64,000 bases of DNA from Eledone cirrhosa. Lineage: Eukaryota. The stretch's first letter is position 1. Each line of letters begins with the position of its first letter. The stretch spans positions 62,001 to 126,000 of the forward strand of contig CAXHJY010000279.1 in the NCBI GenBank assembly GCA_964016885.1, in the 5' to 3' direction. Shown here in pieces: positions 54,701 through 64,000 of this stretch. The position numbers and the translations under genes are program-made. The notes beneath the pieces were generated by a model. That model was not told the DNA's origin, did not search any database, and saw only the letters and a program-made list of their open reading frames with translations.

Positions 54701-57700
54701 TGGTGGAATGGTTGTGTGAATGAAGGTGTGGTTGTGTGAATGACGGAGTGGTTGTGTGAATGAAGGAATGGTTGTGTGAATGAAGGAGTGTTTGTGTGAA
54801 TGAAGGAGTTGTGTGAATGAAGGAGTTGTTGTGTGAATGGAGGAGTGGTTGTGTGAAGGAAGGAGTGGTTGTGTGAATGAAGGAGTGGTTGTGTGAATGA
54901 AGGAATGGTTGTGTGAATGAAGGAGTGGTTGTGTGAATGAAGTTGTGTGAATGAAGGAGTGGTTATGTGGATGGAGTGGTTGTGTGAATGAAGGAGTGGT
55001 TGTGTGAATGAAGGAGTGGTTGTGTGAACGAAGGAGTGGTTGTGTGAATGAAGGAGTGGTTGTGTGAATGAAGGAGTGGTTGTGTGAACGAAGGAGTGGT
55101 TGTGTGAATGAAGGAGTGGTTGTGTGAATGAAGGAGTGGTTGTGTGAATGAAGGAGTGGTTGTGAGAACGAAGAAGTGGTTGTGTGAACGAAGAAGTGGT
55201 TGTGTGAACGAAGGAATGGTTGTGTGAAGGAAGGAGTGGTTGTGTGAATGAAGGAGTGGTTGTGTGAATGAAGGAGTGGTTGTGTGAATGGTGGAATGGT
55301 TGTGTGAATGAAGGAGTGGTTGTGTGAATGAAGGAGTGGTTGTGTGAATGAAGGAGTGGTTGTGTGAATGAAGGAATGGTTGTGTGAATGAAAGTGGTTG
55401 TGTGAATGAAAGAGTAGTTGTGTGAATGAAGGAGTGATTGTGTGAATGAAGGAATGGTTGTGAGAACGAAGGAATGGTTGTGTGAACGAAGGAATGGTTG
55501 TGTGAATGAAGGAATGGTTGTGTGAATGAAGGAATGGATGTGTGAATGAAGGATTGATTGTATGAATGAAGGAATGGTTGTGTGAATGAAGGAGTGGTTG
55601 TGTGAATGAAGGAGTGGTTGTGTGAATGAAGGAGTGGTTGTGTGAATGAAGGAGTGGTTGTGTGAATGAAAGAATGGTTGTGTGAATGAAAGAATGGTTG
55701 TGTGAATGAAAGAGTGGTTGTGTGAATGAAGAAGTGGTTGTGTGAATGAAGGAGTGGTTGTGTGAATGAAGGAGTGGTTGTGTGAATGAAGGAATGGTTG
55801 TGAGAAGGAAGGAGTGGTTGTGTGAATGAAGGATTGATTGTGTGAATGAAGGAATGGTTGTGTGAATGAAAGAGTGGTTGTGTGAATGAAGGAATGGTTG
55901 TGTGAATGAAGGAATGGTTGTGTGAATGAAGGAATGGTTGTGTGAATGAAGGAATGGTTGTGTGAATGAAGGAGTGGTTGTTTGAATGAAGGAGTGGTTG
56001 TGTGAATGAAGGAATGGTTGTGTGAACGAAGGAGTGGTTGTGTGAATGAAGGAGTGGTTGTGTGAATGAAGGAATGGTTGTGTGAATGAAAGAGTCGTGT
56101 GTGAATGAAGGAGTGGTTGTGTGAATGAAGGAATGGTTGTGTGAACGAAGGAGTGGTTTTGTGAACGAAGGAGTGGTTGTGTGAATGAAGGAGTGGTTGT
56201 GTGAATGAAGGAGTGGTTGTGTGAATGAAGGAATGGTTGTGTGAATGAAGGAGTGGTTGTGTGAATGAAGGAGTTGTGTGAATGAAGGAGTTGTGTGAAT
56301 GAAGGAGTGGTTGTGTGAAGGAGTGGTTGTGTGAATGAAGGAGTGGTTGTGTGAATGAAGGAATGGTTGTGTGAATGAAGGAGTGGTTGTGTGAATGAAG
56401 TTGTGTGAATGAAGGAGTGGTTATGTGGATGGAGTGGTTGTGTGAATGAAGGAGTGGTTGTGTGAATGAAGGAGTGGTTGTGTGAATGAAGGAGTGGTTG
56501 TGTGAACAAAGGTGTGGTTGTGTGAACGAAGGTGTGGTTGTGTGAATGAAGGAGTGGTTGTGTGAATGAAGGAGTGGTTGTGTGAATGAAGGAGTGGTTG
56601 TGTGAATGAAGGAGTGGTTGTTTGAATGAAGGAATGGTTGTGTGAATGAAGGAATGGTTGTGTGAATGAAAGAGTGGTTGTGTGAATGAAGGAATGGTTG
56701 TGTGAATGAAGGAATGGTTGTGTGAATGAAGGAGTGGTTGTGTGAATGAAGAAGTGGTTGTGTGAATGAAGAAGTGGTTGTGTGAATGAAGGAGTGGTTG
56801 TGTGAATGAAGGAGCGGTTGTGTGAACGAAGGAGTGGTTGTGTGAACGAAGGAGTGGTTGTCTGAATGAAGGAGTGGTTGTGTGAATGAAGGAATGGTTG
56901 TGTGAATGAAAGAGTCGTGTGTGAATGAAGGAGTGGTTGTGTGAATGAAGGAATGGTTGTGTGAATGAAGGAGTGGTTGTGTGAATGAAGGAGTGGTTGT
57001 GTGAATGAAGGAGTGGTTATGTGAATGAAGGAGTGGTTGTGTGAATGAAGGAGTGGTTGTGTGAATGAAGGTATGGTTGTGTGAATGAAGGAGTGGTTGT
57101 GTGATTGAAGGAGTGGTTGTGTGAAGGAAGGAGTGGTTGTGTGAATGAAGGAGTGGTTGTGTGAACGAAGGATTGGTTGTGTGAATGAAGGAGTGGTTGT
57201 GTGAATGAAGTTGTGTGAATGAAGGAGTGGTTATGTGGATGGAGTGGTTGTGTGAATGAAGGAGTGCTTGCGTGAATGAAGGAGTGGTTGTGTGAACGAA
57301 GGAGTGGTTGTGTGAATGAAGGAGTGGTTGTGTGAATGAAGGAGTGGTTGTGCGAATGAAGGAGTGGTTGTGTGAATGAAGGAGTGGTTGTGTGAATGAA
57401 GGAGTGGTTGTGTGAATGAAGGAGTGGTTGCGTGAACGAAGGAATGGTTGTGTGAATGAAGGAGTGGTTGTGTGAATGAAGGAATGGTTGTGTGAATGAA
57501 AGAGTGGTTGTGTGAATGAAAGAGTCGTGTGTGAATGAAGGAGTGGTTGTGTGAATGAAGGAATGGTTGTGTGAACGAAGGAGTGGTTGTGTGAACGAAA
57601 GAATGGTTGTGTGAATGAAGGAATGGATGTGTGAATGAAGGAGTGGTTGTGTGAATGAAGGAATGGTTGTGTGAACGAAGGAGTGGTTGTGTGAATGAAA

Positions 57701-60700
57701 GAGTGTTTGTGTGAATGAAGGAGTGGTTGTGTGAATGAAGGAGTGGTTGTGTGAATGAAGGAATGGTTGTGTGAATGATAGAGTGGTTGTGTGAAGGAAG
57801 GAGTGGTTGTGTGAATGAAGGAATGGTTGTGTGAATGAAGGAGTGGTTGTGTGAATGAAGGAGTGGTTGTGTGAATGAAGGAGTGGTTGTGAGAACGAAA
57901 AAGTGGTTGTGTGAACGAAGGAATGTTTGTGAGAACGAAGGAATGGTTGTGAGAACGAAGGAGTGGTTGTGTGAATGAAGGAGAGGTTTTGTGAATGAAG
58001 GAGTGGTTGTATGAATGAAGGAGTGGTTGTATGAATGAAGGAGTGGTTGTCTGAATGAAGGAATGGTTGTGTGAAGGGGGTGGTTGTGTAAATGAAAGAG
58101 TGGTTGTGTGAATGAAGGAGTGGTTGTGTGAATGAAGGAATGGTTGTGTGAACGAAGGAGTGGTTGTGTGAACGAAGGAGTGGTTGTCTGAATGAAGGAG
58201 TGGTTGTGTGAATGAAGGAATGGTTGTGTGAATGAAAGAGTCGTGTGTGAATGAAGGAGTGGTTGTGTGAATGAAGGAATGGTTGTGTGAACGAAGGAGT
58301 GGTTGTGTGAACGAAGGAGTGGTTGTGTGAATGAAGGAGTGGTTGTGTGAATGAAGGAGTGGTTGTGTGAATGAAGGAGTGGTTATGTGAATGAAGGAGT
58401 GGTTGTGTGAATGAAGGAGTGGTTGTGTGAACGAAGGAGTGATTGTGTGAATGAAGGAGTGGTTGTGTGAATGAAGGAGTGGTTGTGTGAATGAAGGAGT
58501 TGTTGTGTGAATGAAGGAGTGGTTGTGTGAAGGAAGGAGTGGTTGTGTGAATGAAGGAGTGGTTGTGTGAACGAAGGATTGGTTGTGTGAATGAAGGAGT
58601 GGTTGTGTGAATGAAGTTGTGTGAATGAAGGAGTGGTTATGTGGATGGAGTGGTTGTGTGAATGAAGGAGTGGTTGTGTGAATGAAGGAGTGCTTGTGTG
58701 AATGAAGGAGTGGTTGTGTGAACGAAGGAGTGGTTGTGTGAATGAAGGAGTGGTTGTGTGAATGAAGGAGTGGTTGTGCGAATGAAGGAATGGTTGTGTG
58801 AATGAAGGAGTGGTTGTGTGAATGAAGGAGTGGTTGTGTGAATGAAGGAGTGGTTGCGTGAACGAAGGAATGGTTGTGTGAATGAAGGAGTGGTTGTGTG
58901 AATGAAGGAATGGTTGTGTGAATGAAACAGTGGTTGTGTGAATGAAAGAGTCATGTGTGAATGAAGGAGTGGTTGTGTGAATGAAGGAATGGTTGTGTGA
59001 ACGAAGGAGTGGTTGTGTGAACGAAAGAATGGTTGTGTGAATGAAGGAATGGATGTGTGAATGAAGGAGTGTTTGTGTGAATGAAGGAGTGGTTGTGTGA
59101 ATGAAGGAATGGTTGTGTGAACGAAGGAGTGGTTGTGTGAATGAAAGAGTGGTTGTGTGAATGAAGGAGTGGTTGTGTGAATGAAGGAGTGGTTGTGTGA
59201 ATGAAGGAGTGGTTGTGTGAATGAAGGAGTGGTTGTGTGAATGAAGGAGTGGTTGTGTGAATGAAGGAGTGGTTGTGTGAATGAAGGAGTGGTTGTGTGA
59301 ATGAAGGAATGGTTGTGTGAATGAAGGAGTGGTTGTGTGAAGGAAGGAGTGGTTGTGTGAATGAAGGAATGGTTGTGTGAATGAAGGAGTGGTTGTGTGA
59401 ATGAAGGAGTGGTTGTGTGAATGAAGGAGTGGTTGTGAGAACGAAAAAGTGGTTGTGTGAACGAAGGAATGTTTGTGAGAACGAAGGAATGGTTGTGAGA
59501 ACGAAGGAGTGGTTGTGTGAATGAAGGAGAGGTTGTGTGAATGAAGGAGTGGTAGTATGAATGAAGGAGTGGTTGTATGAATGAAGGAGTGGTTGTCTGA
59601 ATGAAGGAATGGTTGTGTGAAGGGGGTGGTTGTGTAAATGAAAGAGTGGTTGTGTGAATGAAGGAGTGGTTGTGTGAATGAAAGAGTCGTGTGTGAATGA
59701 AGGAGTGGTTGTGTGAATGAAGGATTGATTGTGTGAACGAAGGAATGGTTGTGTGAATGAAAGAGTGGTTGTGTGAATGAAAGAGTCGTGTATGAATGAA
59801 GGAGTGGTTGTGTGAATGAAGGAATGGTTGTGTAATTGAAGGAATGGTTGTGTGAATGAAGGAATGGTTGTGTGAATGAAAGAGTGGTTGTGTGAATGAA
59901 GGAGTGGTTGTGTGAATAAAGGAGTGGTTGTGTGAATGAAGGAATGGTTGTGTGAATGAAGGAATGGTTGTGTGAATGAAAGAATGGTTGTGTGAATGAA
60001 GGAATGGTTGTGTGAATGAAGGAATGGTTGTGTGAATGAAGGAGTGGTTGTGTGAATGAAGGAGTGGTTGTGTGAATGAAGGAGTGGTTGTGTGAATGAA
60101 GGAGCGGTTGTGTGAACGAAGGAGTGGTTGCGTGAACGAAGGAGTGGTTGTGTGAACGAAGGAGTGGTTGTGTGAATGAAGGAGTGGTTGTGTGAATGAA
60201 GGAATGGTTGTGTGAATGAAAGAGTCGTGTCTGAATGAAGGAGTGGTTGTGTGAATGAAGGAATGGTTGTGTGAACGAAGGAGTGATTGTGTGAACGAAG
60301 GAGTGGTTGTGTGAATGAAGGAGTGGTTGTGTGAATGAAGGAGTGGTTGTGTGAATGAAGGAGTGGTTGTGTGAATGAAAGAGTGGTTGTGTGAATGAAG
60401 GAATGGTTGTGTGAATGAAGGAATGGTGGTGTGAAGGAAGGAGTGGTTGTGTGAATGAAGGAGTGGTTGTGTGAATGAAGGAGTTGTGTGAATGAAGGAG
60501 TTGTTGTGTGAATGAAGGAGTGGTTGTGTGAAGGAAGGAATGGTTGTGTGAATGAAGGAATGGTTGTGTGAATGAAGGAGTGGTTGTGTGAATGAAGTTG
60601 TGTGAATGAAGGAGTGGTTATGTGGATGGAGTGGTTGTGTGGATGAAGGAGTGGTTGTGTGAATGAAGGAGTGGTTGTGTGAATGAAGGAGTGGTTGTGT

Positions 60701-63700
60701 GAACGAAGGAGTGGTTGTATGAACGAAGGAGTGGTTGTGTGAATGAAGGAGTGGTTGTGTGAATGAAGGAATGGTTGTGTGAATGAAGGAGTGGTTGTGT
60801 GAATGAAGGAGTGGTTGTGTGAACGAAGGAGTGGTTGTGAGAACGAAGAAGTGGTTGTGTGAACGAAGAAGTGGTTGTGTGAACGAAGGAATGGTTGTGA
60901 GAACGAAGGAATGGTTGTGAGAACGAAGGAGTGGTTATGTGAATGAAGGAGAGGTTGTGTGAATGAAGGAGTGGTTGTATGAATGAAGGAGTGGATGTGT
61001 GAATGAAGGAGTGTTTGTGTGAATGAAGGAGTGGTTGTGTGAATGAAAGAGTGGTTGTGTGAATGAAGGAATGGTTGTGTGTATGAAGGAATGGTTGTGT
61101 GAAGGAAGGAGTGGTTGTGTGAATGAAGGAGTGGTTGTGTGAATGAAGGAGTGGTTGTGTGAATGGTGGAATGGTTGTGTGAATGGTGGAATGGTTGTGT
61201 GAATGAAGGTGTGGTTGTGTAAATGACGGAGTGGTTGTGTGAATGAAGGAATGGTTGTGTGAATGAAGGAGTGTTTGTGTGAATGAAGGAGTTGTGTGAA
61301 TGAAGGAGTTGTTGTGTGAATGAAGGAGTGGTTGTGTGAAGGAAGGAGTGGTTGTGTGAATGAAGGAGTGGTTGTGTGAATGAAGGAATGGTTGTGTGAA
61401 TGAAGGAGTGGTTGTGTGAATGAAGTTGTGTGAATGAAGGAGTGGTTATGTGGATGGAGTGGTTGTGTGAATGAAGGAGTGGTTGTGTGAATGAAGGAGT
61501 GGTTGTGTGAACGAAGGAGTGGTTGTGTGAATGAAGGGGTGGTTGTGTGAATGAAGGAGTGGTTGTGTGAACGAAGGAGTGGTTGTGTGAATGAAGGAGT
61601 GGTTGTGTGAATGAAGGAGTGGTTGTGTGAATGAAGGAGTGGTTGTGAGAACGAAGAAGTGGTTGTGTGAACGAAGAAGTGGTTGTGTGAACGAAGGAAT
61701 GGTTGTGTGAAGGAAGGAGTGGTTGTGTGAATGAAGGAGTGGTTGTGTGAATGAAGGAGTGGTTGTGTGAATGGTGGAATGGTTGTGTGAATGAAGGAGT
61801 GGTTGTGTGAATGAAGGAGTGGTTGTGTGAATGAAGGAGTGGTTGTGTGAATGAAGGAATGGTTGTGTGAATGAAAGTGGTTGTGTGAATGAAAGAGTAG
61901 TTGTGTGAATGAAGGAGTGGTTGTGTGAATGAAGGAATGGTTGTGAGAACGAAGGAATGGTTGTGTGAACGAAGGAATGGTTGTGTGAATGAAGGAATGG
62001 TTGTGTGAATGAAGGAATGGATGTGTGAATGAAGGATTGATTGTATGAATGAAGGAATGGTTGTGTGAATGAAGGAGTGGTTGTGTGAATGAAGGAGTGG
62101 TTGTGTGAATGAAGGAGTGGTTGTGTGAATGAAGGAGTGGTTGTGTGAATGAAAGAATGGTTGTGTGAATGAAAGAATGGTTGTGTGAATGAAAGAGTGG
62201 TTGTGTGAATGAAGAAGTGGTTGTGTGAATGAAGGAGTGGTTGTGTGAATGAAGGAGTGGTTGTGTGAATGAAGGAATGGTTGTGAGAAGGAAGGAGTGG
62301 TTGTGTGAATGAAGGATTGATTGTGTGAATGAAGGAATGGTTGTGTGAATGAAAGAGTGGTTGTGTGAATGAAGGAATGGTTGTGTGAATGAAGGAATGG
62401 TTGTGTGAATGAAGGAATGGTTGTGTGAATGAAGGAATGGTTGTGTGAATGAAGGAGTGGTTGTGTGAATGAAGGAGTGGTTGTGTGAATGAAGGAATGG
62501 TTGTGTGAACGAAGGAGTGGTTGTGTGAACGAAGGAGTGGTTGTGTGAATGAAGGAATGGTTGTGTGAATGAAAGAGTCGTGTGTGAATGAAGGAGTGGT
62601 TGTGTGAATGAAGGAATGGTTGTGTGAACGAAGGAGTGGTTTTGTGAACGAAGGAGTGGTTGTGTGAATGAAGGAGTGGTTGTGTGAATGAAGGAGTGGT
62701 TGTGTGAATGAAGGAGTGGTTGTGTGAATGAAGGAGTGGTTGTGTGAATGAAGGAGTGGTTGTGTGAATGAAGGAATGGTTGTGTGAAGGAAGGAGTGGT
62801 TGTGTGAATGAAGGAGTTGTGTGAATGAAGGAGTTGTGTGAATGAAGGAGTGGTTGTGTGAAGGAGTGGTTGTGTGAATGAAGGAGTGGTTGTGTGAATG
62901 AAGGAATGGTTGTGTGAATGAAGGAGTGGTTGTGTGAATGAAGTTGTGTGAATGAAGGAGTGGTTATGTGGATGGAGTGGTTGTGTGAATGAAGGAGTGG
63001 TTGTGTGAATGAAGGAGTGGTTGTGTGAATGAAGGAGTGGTTGTGTGAACAAAGGTGTGGTTGTGTGAACGAAGGTGTGGTTGTGTGAATGAAGGAGTGG
63101 TTGTGTGAATGAAGGAGTGGTTGTGTGAATGAAGGAGTGGTTGTGTGAATGAAGGAGTGGTTGTGTGAATGAAGGAATGGTTGTGTGAATGAAGGAATGG
63201 TTGTGTGAATGAAAGAGTGGTTGTGTGAATGAAGGAATTGTTGTGTGAATGAAGGAATGGTTGTGTGAATGAAGGAGTGGTTGTGTGAATGAAGAAGTGG
63301 TTGTGTGAATGAAGAAGTGGTTGTGTGAATGAAGGAGTGGTTGTGTGAATGAAGGAGCGGTTGTGTGAACGAAGGAGTGGTTGTGTGAACGAAGGAGTGG
63401 TTGTCTGAATGAAGGAGTGGTTGTGTGAATGAAGGAATGGTTGTGTGAATGAAAGAGTCGTGTGTGAATGAAGGAGTGGTTGTGTGAATGAAGGAGTGGT
63501 TATGTGAATGAAGGAGTGGTTGTGTGAATGAAGGAGTGGTTGTGTGAACGAAGGAGTGATTGTGTGAATGAAGGAATGGTTGTGTGAATGAAGGAGTGGT
63601 TGTGTGAATGAAGGAGTGGTTGTGTGAAGGAAGGAGTGGTTGTGTGAATGAAGGAGTGGTTGTGTGAACGAAGGATTGGTTGTGTGAATGAAGGAGTGGT

Positions 63701-64000
63701 TGTGTGAATGAAGTTGTGTGAATGAAGGAGTGGTTATGTGGATGGAGTGGTTGTGTGAATGAAGGAGTGCTTGCGTGAATGAAGGAGTGGTTGTGTGAAC
63801 GAAGGAGTGGTTGTGTGAATGAAGGAGTGGTTGTGTGAATGAAGGAGTGGTTGTGCGAATGAAGGAATGGTTGTGTGAATGAAGGAGTGGTTGTGTGAAT
63901 GAAGGAGTGGTTGTGTGAATGAAGGAGTGGTTGCGTGAACGAAGGAATGGTTGTGTGAATGAAGGAGTGGTTGTGTGAATGAAGGAATGGTTGTGTGAAT
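42740..64000. repeat. 20-bp satellite array (GAATGAAGGAGTGGTTGTGT)n, >21 kb, runs off the window
   Basis: Roughly 1000 tandem monomers with recurrent variants (GGAAT, AAAGA, GAACG, short deletions). Confidence 0.99.

Noticed and set aside
47001-63052. His/Thr/Ser-rich ORFs up to 797 aa on minus
   Set aside because: Stop-free frames of the 20-bp satellite.

Overview
Eukaryotic, repeat-saturated, AT-microsatellite-rich genomic DNA. The SINE/LINE repertoire looks like an octopus or other cephalopod (inference). The only host gene is the 3' end of a ROR-family receptor tyrosine kinase on +: two kringle exons (12510-12653, 13386-13490) and one large TM + kinase + tail exon (14081-15759). The rest is tRNA-derived SINEs, truncated RTE/CR1/Tx1 LINEs, mariner/hAT remnants and MITEs, several minisatellites, and a >21-kb array of a 20-bp satellite (42.74 kb to the end) with multi-kb higher-order structure. 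The most notable unannotated signal is a dispersed set of type I hammerhead-ribozyme motifs (CUGANGA...GAAA-palindrome-UH). They resemble those of Penelope-like elements, several have unusually long stem II, and some sit in inverted duplications. In the presumed ROR intron the best-preserved copies are antisense and the sense copies are damaged. Most ORFs in the supplied track are microsatellite artefacts.
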